Shown here one piece after another: positions 12,001 to 24,366 of a stretch of 64,000 bases of DNA (position 1 is the first letter of the stretch; each line of letters starts with the position of its first letter). The DNA is from Penicillus capitatus (taxonomy: Eukaryota; Plantae; Chlorophyta). Below the pieces are notes generated by a model, which ran no database searches, was not told the origin of the DNA, and saw only the letters and a program-made list of their open reading frames with translations. The position numbers and the translations under genes are program-made. The stretch is taken from positions 524,113-588,112 of the forward strand of contig OZ287703.1 in NCBI GenBank assembly GCA_965649825.1, read 5' to 3'.

Positions 12001-15000
12001 ACAAGATCCTCAAAGAGTTTGGCGCGATGAGTGTCGCGAAAGGACGCACAACAGAAGACTTCCCATTGCCATCACGGCAAGGGATTCCTTTTCAAACTGA
12101 AAAGAGTAGTCCCTGCGGAGACGAAAACCAACGAGCACGCGGCCATTCCTCTTCTTGTGCTGAAACAACAAGTAATGCGGAGGATGCCATGGTAGTCGAT
12201 ACCACACACAGAGGCTTTCTCCAGGAACTGAAAAACATAGTTTCGAGTTGCAGTTTTCAGTCTATGTCGGCAGTGAGACTGCAAAGTGTGGAAGGCCAAA
12301 AGATTGTTCTGCAGGCGGGTAAGGAATTGCAGTCTGGGAGATTTCAAGAAAGGGAAACAAAAGTGCAATCGTCCGTGATGGAAGACAGGAAGATTAAAGA
12401 ATGCAGCAAGATCAAGCTTCCTTCTGTGATTAAGGGAAGCACACATCGATGTGAGCAAGCTAGACAATTCAGTCAGAATAAGGGCAGTGCAGCTAAAAAA
12501 GATCAGGGATTTGATTTCTTCGCAGATACTGCAGAGGATGGGAGAATGGAAACATTTCAAGCATATTTCGATATTGATGAAAAAGCAATGCCTCATAGTG
12601 TCAGAGATGCTGATCTGGCAGAAATCTACAAAGACACTACTATTACAAGGGCTGATGTTGAGAGGATAGAACCAAACGATCCAGTCTCGGTTGACAGTCC
12701 CCATCCCCCACCTGACAGATGGACTTACCGTTTGCTTATTAAAAGCAAACCATTTGTGCGTTTTCTGGTGGAAGTCCTTCACATGTGGGAAGCTCACTTT
12801 GAGAGATTCTATAGATCGACAGCCGAGAAACACAAAATTGAGTGGTGCATTCTTGTTGACAATTCAGGATCGATGATCACCAAAGATATCGAGATGACAG
12901 AGGCTCTTGTTCTTGTGATGGAGACACTGAGGCGACTAGAGCAGCCGTTTGCCGTTGCTCGGTTTGGAGACCGGAAGTCTCAACAGATGCTGAAGATGAT
13001 GAACGAACCCTTCACGCAGCTTATTGGGCAGAAGATTCTTGAATCTTTCTCTTTCGACGAAGGCACTTATCCTGCTTCAGCTGTGAGGCATGTGGCTGAG
13101 AAGGTTTGGCCAAACTGCTTGTCCGAGAGCGACAGACTGCAGTGTCACCGAGTGATGCTTTTGATCATGGATGGACTGACACAAGAAAGATCTCCAGAAG
13201 ACTACACATCCATCTGCGACGAGAGAGAATTCGAACTTGTTGTCTTGAACTTGAAAGACGAAGCGCAGAAGGAGATTATGAGCCAGATTGAAGGGTTGTG
13301 GAGTAATGCTGCCTCTTTTTATGAAGTGCTGGACGTGCAATCAGTTGACCTTTTGCCGCAGTTGTTGGCTGGACTCATGATTCAGTACATGAAAAACACA
13401 CTCTCAAATATAGAGAAGAACAGATATCAGCTACGCGGTATTGAACAGCCAGGTGTCCAGGCTTGTTGTTTCGAAGACGTGAAGCTCAGCGTGGATGAAT
13501 CTGTGCTGTCATCAGATCTCAAGAAGCAATGTCTTCCTAGACTGCCTGGAGACTTCAGCAAGAAGAGCTTCTTCGACTGTGGATGCGAGACTGATGGAAT
13601 CCCGTATGCAATTGAGATGCGAAATCTGTTGAGCACAGACCTGGACCTTGATGGTGTTGCACTGGATCATGTTGAGAGAGAGCTTCTCGAGTTGCATCAA
13701 AGTCTACAGGTCCTACCAGAAAACAAGGATCATTTAAAGGAAGCTGAGATTGCTTGGATGAAAGCCGAAGAGTGGTTGAGTGTGGAGATTGCACATATGG
13801 CGGAAGCACTCGAAGGATTTCTCCCACAGAATCGCTTCACGAGGAAGAGGGCCGACATTCAGGGTCCATCCATCCATCTTCCAGGATTCATCAAGCACAT
13901 TGCGACTCAAGGCAACGAGAAGAAGATCTTCGCGAACAAGAAGGGAGGAGGGAAATCTGAGTACTCTGTGGCTGTCCTCCTGGACATCTCTGCGTCGATG
14001 GCGCAGGGTAGAAAGCGTCCATGTGCACTGCAAACAGTTGTGATGCTGATCAGTGCTTTGAAGCAGATGAACATCGAAGACTTCTCAGTCATTCTGTTCG
14101 GTGGCGGCATCTATCCGATCAAACTGCCAGACGATGTCTGGGAAGCATCTTCTATGGCCTTGCTCTTCTCTGCAGTCTTGCATAGAAACGAGCTCTCTAC
14201 CATGGATGCAGACGCTCTGCTCTTCGCTGCGCAGCTGCTCGATCAGAGCAGTGTCAGAGGACCAAAGAAGATGTTTGTCGTGACAGATGGATACGGGAGT
14301 TCGGGAGTTAGGTTGGCAGGCGTGCTCCACAAGATTGAAGAAGATCTGGGAGTCGACGTGTTGGCGATGGGCGTCGGTCCAGAGGAGTTCTTTGTCAAGA
14401 AATGCTATCCCAAGTGGATTACTGCCGCGTTGCCTCAGATGGTGCCGGATGCATTGGAAAGCATGTGCGACAGAATGGAGGGCGCAGCCAAACTGCAGCA
14501 GACGACCCAAGAGGACAACGCCGAGTCGCAGACGCTTGCTTATATAAAAGAAGGAGCGGCCGAAACTGTAGAAGAAGTTCTGAGAAACAGGGAGATCTTG
14601 TTTCCTGATTTACTGAAGGATATGAAGACAGAACGAGAAGCCAGGCTTCGGCGAGGGAACAATGCTTCTACTTTCGAAGTGGACATCTGTTTTGTCATTG
14701 ACTGCACGGGATCCATGAAGAGTTGGATAGATGCCGTGAAGCAGCAGATAGAGGTAAGAATGAAGAACTAATGTTCGATCTGAGATGTATGTTCACTATA
14801 GTTCGTCGCTGAGCACATATCGCATAAGATTGAAGAGAAGCATCCCAAAATAGAACTGAAGCTCCGCTTTGCAACACTCGCGTATAAGGATTTTGGAGAT
14901 GACGACAGTTTGATTCTTTATCCATTCACCGACAGCGTACAAGAGTTACAATACGCTCTTCAAGAATTAACGGCGGAAGGCGGTTCCGACTTACCAGAGG

Positions 15001-16101
15001 ATGTGCTGGGAGCTTTGAAGTATGCAGCTGACCTTGACGATTGGCAGAGCAACATTCGATTCTGTGTACTGATTGGCGATGCACCTGGACACGGAAGAGA
15101 TCTCAACGACCTCGATGACGACAGGTTTCTAAACAATTTGTCTTTGTACACAATGTGAGACATTTGTGATCAGGTACCCAGATGGAGATCCAACTGGACT
15201 GACGGCAAGCAGTGTCATGGCGGATCTGAAAGCAAAGGAGATCCACTTACTCTTCTGCAGGATAACGCACAAAACAGACAAGATGGTCAACGAATTTGCG
15301 AGACACTACAATGACGGCGTGAAGTTTGAGTTGACATTGAAGGATGTGTTTGGAGACTGCACAGTATGCACCTCGGTATACTTGAGACTGAATGTCTTAA
15401 TTGTGTGCATTTCTGCCTGTGTAGGCTGATGTTCAGACAGGCTTTCACACCGTGTTGTGTCTGGACGAATCTGGGTCAATGGAAGGACAACCTTGGCAAG
15501 ATGTCTGCAACGCTTTTCAGCAATTCTTAGCGAAGAGAGTGCTCAATCAGGCGACATCTGATCTTGTCAGCGTCATTCAATTCGATCACACGGCCAACAT
15601 TGTGATGGAAGGAGTACCACTTCAATCAAATCTGGGACTTCTGGATTACCATGGCGGAGGAACACATTTCATTCCCCCGCTTATTACTGCATTAGAAATT
15701 CACCTGCGCAATCAGACTGCTCATACGCCCGTTCTCATTTTTATGTCAGATGGAGAGGCTGCGGATCCGCACGATGAAATCATATATGTAATGAGACAGC
15801 TCGTTCAATACTGCCCATCACTAGATGTACACACAGTAGGATTTGGACATGGTGCATCACACTCTCGATTACAAGTACGTAACATTTTTACATGGTGTCA
15901 GATTGTTGACCATTCGACTGTTGTCAGGAAATGGCAGCCGAGGTTGGGGGACAGTATCACCAGGCTATCACAGGAATCGATTTGTCAAACGTCTTTTCGG
16001 ACATTTCGGATAACTTGAATACAACAGATGCACTTACTTCTCAGTTTGGAAAAGTGATCGGCGACATGGTTTCCTCTGCCATCATTCTTGGACATCTCTG
16101 A
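3..16101 (+). CDS. Giant multi-VWA protein, paralogue A (5'-partial, >=5,295 aa): helical/coiled-coil region, C2-like domain, ASH/PapD-like Ig array, acidic spacer, four VWA/MIDAS domains
   Basis: The frame is open from nt 3 (IVQLCRNLGG...) with no stop to 14753. Exons are 3-14753, 14802-15124, 15174-15363, 15425-15874 and 15928-16101, joined by GT-AG introns of 48, 49, 61 and 53 nt. MIDAS motifs are EWCILVDNSGS, VAVLLDISAS, DICFVIDCTGS and VLCLDESGS, each with a downstream acidic partner motif (MDG, TDG, GDAP, SDG). It is colinear with the gene at 52194-63999. Confidence 0.88.
13911..14223 (+). repeat. Left arm of a ~94% identical inverted repeat (VWA2 core); partner at 54081-54393
   Basis: Manual codon-by-codon comparison with the reverse complement of 54081-54393 gave 20 mismatches in 313 nt and 4 amino-acid changes. 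Confidence 0.9.
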
Positions 16102-16774
16102 GATGTCACTATTCTTTTGAGGCATTTTCAGTGGGCCTACCTGGCAACTTCAATGTTCGAAACAATCTCTCTTTGTTCTCGGAATACGCTATTCTGGTCG
16201 AATACATAACTCCTTCTCTTAGCACTGCGGATTCTTCAACACATTCGTCCTAATACAATTCAATAAAGATGTTATGGTTCTCAAAGAACTCTCCGCTATT
16301 CATCGTGTCTGTCATTTTTCGAATGACCATGTTCATTTGTTGCTGTGAGTGTTGCATTGGCAAGAATCTATTTATCAGTCACTTTCTCAAAAGATCTGAA
16401 TCTGCTGTGGATAGATAATCTACCTGCCTGAAGAAAACAATCTGATCGACTAAGTCCTTTCTTAACAATGATCCAAATGTAATGAGGCAGCTGAGCCATT
16501 GCAACACAAACACGCGACAACACAACATCCATTCATATCAAGAACAGAGCCCTGTCTCTTTGAGTTCAAATTGCCATCTCATTCATGCATCTGCTTCAGG
16601 GATGGAACCCCATCTCAGACATCAGAGATCAGCCACGCAAAGTCATGCGCCATCGCTGTTTACATCATTTTCTGTTCATGAGACGCATTCTTCTCCTTCA
16701 TCATCGCTCGAACTATTTTGTTGTTTGTTATTCTTTGTGTTGTGCCTCTTCGTGTATCCAGGTCACGAGAACTC

Positions 16775-18784
16775 ATGTCTGGATCTCTGCTGCGCTCTTC
16801 GTCTTTCTTTTCTTCTTTCCCTTCGCCAACTGTGCGCTCGACTAGCCACAGGAGTGCTGTTCGAAGCCTAACGCGACGTCGCGTCGAATGCGTCTCCGTT
16901 AACGGAAAGGGCCCCGTCCACAACGAAGGCAACCTCTCCACCCTCTCACCAACAAAGAGATCTTCACTGTTGCTCTTCACGGAACAGATGTCGAGAACGT
17001 TGTCATCGTCGGGTCGGGTCCAGCTGGATACACCGCAGCCATTTACTGTGCCCGCGCTTACCTGAAGCCCCTCGTTTTCGAAGGATATCAAATTGGAGGT
17101 GTCCGTGGCGGACAGCTCATGACCACGACCGAAGTCGAAAATTTCCCTGGATTTCCTGAAGGAATTACGGGACCAGATCTCATGGACAGGATGCGATCAC
17201 AGGTAAGCAAACATACGAGTGCCACACCAGCACTGTCTTCACACACAAACTGTTTCAGGCAGAACGATGGGGTGCCGAGCTCTATACAGAAGATGTTGAG
17301 TTTATAGATCTCTCTGAAAGACCTTTCACGATTCGAAGCACCGAACGAGAAGTGTGATCGTGGTGCCATTAGGGTTAGTATACTAGAGTGGGAGGTGATG
17401 TTGAAGGTGAGGTCGCATTCCTTGATCGTCGCAACGGGAGCAACGGCCAGACGACTCGGAATACCAAGCGAAGGGCAGTTCTGGAGCAACGGGATTTCTG
17501 CATGCGCCATCTGCGATGGTCAATCATCTATTCTCAAAGAGTGAGATGGCAAAGTGTGACATCCAGGTGCCAGTCCTGCTTTTAAGAATCAAGAGTTGGC
17601 AGTTGTTGGCGGAGGCGACTCCGCAGCCGAAGAGGCCATTTACTTGACCAAATATGCCAAACATGTGGCCTAGTGAGGTTCTGTACAGAAAGTGTGATAA
17701 GTGTGTCCTGTGTTAGGTGCATTTGTTGGTTCGCAGCGACAAGATGCGTGCAAGTCGGGCGATGCAGGATCGAGTGATATCTCATCCCAAAGTGACAGTA
17801 CATTACAACACGACTGTCGTCGATGCCTATCCAGACAGACGCGGCATCATGGCTGGACTGAACCTGACCAACGGAATACCTGGTCCACCATTCTGCATTA
17901 CTTCCATTCTCTCTAGCCAGCACTGACCTATAGACGTTCTGAAGCAGTTGCCAGTCCGGGGACTCTTTTACGGAATTGGACACACGCCCAACAGTAGTCT
18001 GATCAGAGATCAGGTGGCGTTAGATGAAGATGGATATGTGGTTGTGGAAGGTATCGATCCTAGACGCTGTTTGCTATCTATCTCTATGAGGTGCTTACCT
18101 GTAGGTGCGAGCACAAGTGTCGATGGTGTGTTTGCAGCTGGAGATCTGCATGATAGGGAGTGGAGACAGGCCATCACGGCAGCCGGTTCGGGATGTATGG
18201 CGGCCCTGTCAGCAGAGCGATACCTGACAGCTTCCAATCTCTCTAGAGAATACAAGACAGAAGACAAAGTGCCTTACCTCACTTCTTGTCCATCGTTCAT
18301 TGCAAAGTGTTCGCGTTTTAGATCACAGTTCAGAAAGAAGAGGAAGAGAAACGGGCAACGGCAGCCGAGGAGGTGGATTTTTCAAATATGCGACACAAGG
18401 GACAGTATGCTCTGAGAAAGCTCTATCACGAAAGCAATCGTCTCCTCGTTGTCTTCTACAGCTCACCTCAGTGTGGGCCATGCCGGACGCTGAAACCCAT
18501 CTTCAATTCCGTTATCGATGAGTACTCGGAAAAGGTGCGCAATACACTGTGTCTATCTCACTCTTTCTCACACAAAACGGCTCGTGCATTTCTAGGTACA
18601 TCTCGTGGAGATCGACATTGAACAGGATCCAGAGATCGCCGAGGCAGCAGGTGTTACTGGCACACCAACAATTCAGTTCTTCAAATCCAAAGAACGCGTT
18701 CAGCATTTGCCGGGAGTGAAAATGAAAAAGGAATATAGGCAGCTGATTGATGCATCGCTCGACAAGGCAAACGTCTCTGTATAG
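16775..18784 (+). CDS. NTRC: NADPH-dependent thioredoxin reductase C (NTR-thioredoxin fusion, plastid-targeted)
   Basis: Ser/Arg-rich transit peptide, then [35 protein letters not shown], the CAICDG redox centre, [35 protein letters not shown] and [14 protein letters not shown]. The C-terminal thioredoxin has SPQCGPC. Multi-exon; the first intron is probably GC-AG (16929-16987). Confidence 0.95.
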
Positions 18785-19093
18785 AGGAAGGACATGGTGT
18801 CTGCAACTGTTTGATTTCTTATTTGGTATTGTTTTGCTCTTGGTCCACAAGAGCTTGGGATGACATTCTGTCTCAATACATGTGTCCGGGTACGTACCAT
18901 TGTGTGGAGAGTCGGGTGTCTGGAGATAGGCGTGAGCGAATGCGTGAGATCACACGTGTCGACCAACCGCTAATCAGCTTCACAAACGTAGGTAGCATCA
19001 TCAGGTTACACAGACTCGTGATTCAATGTACTCTTTTCCTCATCATTGAGGGAGACTCTTGACCTTGAGCGCGGTTGACAAACAGCTGAATGA

Positions 19094-19996
<903 letters not shown>

Positions 19997-20078
19997 GTTC
20001 TCTCCTCGACAGACAAACAGTCGCGGTGTGGCGCGATGGGTCAAAACGACGTTGATGCGCAAATCATGATCGCCATCG

Positions 20079-22144
20079 ATGTCGAACACCGCCACATCGA
20101 GTCTCGCTGCCAGTCTTGCACGCAAGGCGAAACAAGTCAGCCACCCACGGGGTAGCTATCGGCCTAGTGCATGACTGTTCGCCATGGTAGGTGCTGGAAA
20201 CCAAGACGGACGATGAGACATTGTTGCAATCACTGACGGCGCTGTCATCGCTCGAGAATGCAGATGTCCATGCAGCCGCGATGCCACATCAGCTGCAATC
20301 TGCTGTTGAGAATGGGACAGTTCAGTGCGCTATGCAGCTACTGCAGTTAGCTGAGGGGGTCTCGGATCAGCTGACGCTTCTACAGAAGAGTGTAGATCAA
20401 TTGAAAGGCGCATCGCAGCAGATGCGACACGAACTCGATCTCTGCTCTGCCCAGACGCAACCTTACCTCGCTTCTATGCAGAAACTGGAAGCTGCTGAGA
20501 AGATGAACAAGGAAAAGGAGACACTCATTGACGATTTCTTGCAGCGATATCAGCTGCTGCCGGATGAGGCGGCGCTTCTGGAAAGTGGAGAGGTGTCCGA
20601 AGCGTTTTTCCGTGTGCTGCATCGTGCGCAAAGCATTCATGCCAACTGCAAGAATCTCCTCCGTACACAACACCAACGCGCAGGGTTGGAGCTGATGGAC
20701 ACGATGGCACGCTACCAGGAAGCTGCCCTGAAGCGACTGGTTGAATGGATTCAGATCAAATGCCAGGAACTCGTCGACGTCGAAGCAGCAGAATTGGACC
20801 CCTTGATGCAGCAAGCCCTACAGTCACTTTCAACACGCCCAGTGCTCTATCGTTACTGCGCAGAAGAGGTTGCCGAAGCACGACACGACGCTCTGTTCGA
20901 GAGATTCGTGAGTTCTCTTTCCCAAGGACCACGTCCGATCGAAATGCAGTCGGATGATCCAAAACGATATCTCAATGATATGTTGGCATGGGTCCATCAA
21001 GCACTGGCATCGGAGATCGAACTGCTGGAGCTGCTCTTTAAGGACGTCCAACGCGGGGAGAATGTATCGGACAGAGATCTTCCGTCGATCACAGACTTGA
21101 TGAACAAAATCTTTCAGGGCATCGATCGGCCGTTGAAGGTCAGAATCGAACAGGTGTTGATGCTGCCGCCGCCACCTGTGCTCTGCTTCGAGCTGGGATG
21201 TCTACTGGAGTTCTACGTCGGCGTGATTCGGGATATCGCTGGAGAAGGATTCACATTGGTCGAGAGTTTGCAGAGCTGCCTAGACATGAGCGTCCGAACC
21301 CTGCATGAACAGATCCATGCCCGTGGGATTCGACTAGTACGGCACTCTATCGTTGCCCCCAGAGATCTGACACCGCCTACCGAAGTCACAGAAGCGATAC
21401 AGTTTCTCCTGCAGCTGCTGAATGCGCACGAGTCTGCTCTGAAAGTCACGGAACATCAAGAGGGACTGTCCATCGCTAATCTCGCAGCATCTGTGCTGGA
21501 TCCACTACTCCAGACGTGCACGAGATGTGCCAGTGAATTGGAGAACAGTGCGCTGCATCCGGAGAGCACCGTCAAGCCTCTTCTGTCGAAACACATCTTC
21601 CTCATCAACTGTCTGGAAACGCTAGTCACATCGTTTCACGACCGATCTGCCATCTCACGCAAATGTTCTGAACTGAGCACTCAACTCGAGGTGCCGATCG
21701 TCGTGAGCATTCAACGGGTTCCATTGTTGTTTGTTTTTGAAGGATTGTGTGAAGAACTGTGCCAAAGAAGTCGCTCAGTATCTGCTCGTGCAGTGTGGTC
21801 TCTCCGTTGTGCTGCATCGAATGGAAGAATACAAGGTACATGGAACGAGTGGCCGGCAGATGGCAGAAGATCCAGCGCTTAGTCTCACAGCCATTTCGCA
21901 GGCAATGAAGGCATACTTTAACCTCATCTCCACCCCCGATGCCCTGCCAGAATTCACAGAGATCGTGGATGCGGACATCAAGCATGCACTGTTTATGAAG
22001 ATGTGTCTGACGTTAACAGAAGCGTACGAACAGGTCTACAATGCCGTTATGGATCCTGAAAACAGTTATGGACCTCCATCGACCATTCATCTCTACATCG
22101 AGCATTCTCCCGAACACATTCGGACCATTCTGTCTGTCGAATAG
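20079..22144 (+). CDS. COG6: Conserved oligomeric Golgi complex subunit 6
   Basis: Exon 1 MSNTATSSLAASLARKAKQ joins VLETKTD. Motifs FLQRYQL, CKNLLRTQHQRAGLELMDTMARYQEAA and PRPIEMQSDDPKRYLNDMLAWVHQALASEIE. A second intron lies near 21.69-21.74 kb. Confidence 0.92.
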
Positions 22145-22179
22145 ACCCCCATGTAGCCACCATCCACCCAAGAAATTGT

Positions 22180-23689
22180 TTATTGATTGACAAGACAGGC
22201 TTCATTGCACGGTTCAATCTTCTTCAGCGCGGCATGGAGTTTCCACGATTCGTTCTGTGTCATGAGACCGTCGTCAGATAGCAGACGGCGTACGGCTGAG
22301 AGCACTGAGGCGTCTTCGGTGTCATAGGCAATGCGAAGGACATTGTTCTCATTGTCCCCGTCGTTGGAGATGGGGTAGTCCACCGAACAAGTCCACAGTC
22401 CATCGATGATAAACTTGAAATTGTACTTCCCTGGATTCAGATCCCTGTGCAGTTCAAATCGTTTCTTTGAAGGGATGTACTCGAGGTCGTGTGGAGATCC
22501 CCATCCCATATCCAATCCCGCAATCTACCCGTCGCATCACCTTAGCCTCAATCACAGGGCTTTGAGTCACGGACTTGAACGTGAGAGGAGGGATTGGCTG
22601 CGACAGAGATGGTCGTTGGATGACGCATTGCACCGAAGACGAGATCACATGTCGCCTGACGGATAGCGTTGAGCTTCGGTCCACAAGGACGCACCTTCTG
22701 CAATCGAGCATTGGCCGCCTCAAGTGTCCAGTCTCTGCACCAAAAGAGATAAGCCAATGCCACTCCCGGTGCACGACCCAGGCCTGGAACAGTCTCTCTC
22801 CATCGTGTCGTTCTTCGATCGAGAACGCACCTGCTGTGCAGTGGATGTACATCACATCGCCTTCCTCCGGTTGATGCTGTTGACAAATCATTCCCACGAC
22901 CTATGTACATTCCCTTAGTTGTCACTCTTTTTCGATGTCACTCTTTTGCTTTTGGCAATTGGACTCTGAGATCCATCGGATCAAAATCGCGTATGGGACA
23001 TCGGATGTGACGCACATCTGCCCTCTCCGCACACCTCTTCTCGATCGCCTGGATGTCGACGCCAAAGTAATCCAAGTTCACATTCTCTTGCAGACACAGA
23101 ATCGTCGTCACGTGTTCGTCCTCCACCAATCTGCATCCGTATCATCTTCTGCAAAAAGAGCGAGAAAGCGTCATGTCACACTTGTCGACATCTTCTGGAG
23201 TTTGTAAGCAAGAACCGACGATCAGGTCGTCAGTGAGATGGGCATAGTTCATTCCGTGTTCGTGACGATAGATCAACGAATCATCCTTCATCTTCTGTTG
23301 CATTTCGACGTTGTAGTCTTCCGAGAGCTCTTCCGTCTTCACGCTGGGACTCTCTTTGGACGCGTCCTCTTCGGCAAATGCCTCACACTTCCATTTTCCA
23401 ATCTCACAATCACATCACTCTCGCCATCTGCCCACGAACAAATGAACATCTATACTTTGCATCGTTGTACGAGAGATGGCGTCAAACGCGTTGCGTGTTT
23501 TTTGCTGTGCCTGTTGCGGGGAGTTGTCAATGAGGGAGATCATTTTCGCGTGGAGTCTTACCGTCGAGAGTCCAGGGGGAAGGACGCGTGTCGTGTCGCT
23601 TTGATTGCATGATGGCGTTTTCTGTTGGGCCGAGTGGCCAGACGGAGGCGATGGCGGTGACCGAGGGACGGGACTTGGATCATCATCAT
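22180..23689 (-). CDS. SEX4: Phosphoglucan phosphatase (dual-specificity phosphatase plus CBM48), plastid-targeted
   Basis: YRHEHGMNYAHLTDDLIVGSCLQTPEDVD, IRCPIRDFDPMDLRVQLP, catalytic HCTAGLGRAP across an intron, and CBM48 (MGWG...YNFKFIIDGLW...NENNVL). The start (MMMIQVPSLG) is inferred through two 51-53 nt introns and is less certain. Confidence 0.9.
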
Positions 23690-23773
23690 CGACACGATCG
23701 AGACGAACAGCGAACGTGTCGTACATTAAGAGAACGACAAAGGACATTGTTTCCATCGTTGCATTCGACCGTC

Positions 23774-24186
23774 ATGAGTTCGGCAACCACTTCTCAGAGC
23801 GGCACTTCGCCATCCGAATTCTTGAAGAGCATCAAGGGCAAGCCCGTCGTCGTGAAGCTCAATTCGGGTGTCGACTATCGAGGCCTGTCTCTCAACATCA
23901 ACATCACTCGTGGGAAGGATCACGTGCAGGAATCCTGTCGTGTCTCGATGGCTACATGAACATCGCTATGGGCGAAACGGAGGTATTTATTATCACACAC
24001 CTTACCTTCTGCTGCACTCAGATGATGATCCCATTGCAGGAGTATGTGAATGGACAGCTGAAGTGCAAATACGGAGACTGTTTTATTCGAGGCAACAACG
24101 GTCGGTTTCTATGCCATATCTGAAAGGAGGCCGAACGGGAGTGTGTTCTGCCAGTGCTCTACATAAGTGCTGTCAAAGGAAAGTGA
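23774..24186 (+). CDS. LSM6: Sm-like protein LSm6
   Basis: Spliced product TSPSEFLKSIKGKPVVVKLNSGVDYRG|ILSCLDGYMNIAMGETE|EYVNGQLKCKYGDCFIRGNN|VLYISAVKGK. Intron 1 is GC-AG. Confidence 0.95.
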
Positions 24187-24366
24187 CAGATGTCAGCTGA
24201 TACAGCTGAAGTCTGTGTTGCGGATGCGAAGAGCGCAGAGTGACGATGACGTGCACACAACTGTCATTTCTCTGTGTTCATTCGACGCGTCTTACATCGT
24301 TGTATTTACAGTGACGGCATTTCATTGACAGCATGACATGTCCAACTCGTCTGCGAAGCAGCAGCG

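Noticed and set aside
3-12800. AAA+/P-loop domain in the giant proteins (GWKSGK, GGAAGK)
   Set aside because: The spacing does not fit GxxxxGK[ST] and there is no Walker B context. Any ATPase would have to lie outside the window.
3-14753. Alternative genetic code (TAA/TAG = Gln), as in some ulvophytes
   Set aside because: More than 8,000 codons of giant ORF contain no in-frame TAA or TAG, and many genes end in TAA or TAG at the expected positions.
16091-16107. Perfect 8-bp hairpin (GACATCTC-T-GAGATGTC) across the stop codon of paralogue A
   Set aside because: About one such palindrome is expected by chance in 64 kb, and it is not conserved in paralogue B.
16102-16480. Minus-strand frame with few stops downstream of paralogue A, and an ankyrin-like LHWTAA fragment at about 52090 downstream of paralogue B
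   Set aside because: Both are short, interrupted by stops and not similar to each other; they are compatible with 3' UTR sequence.
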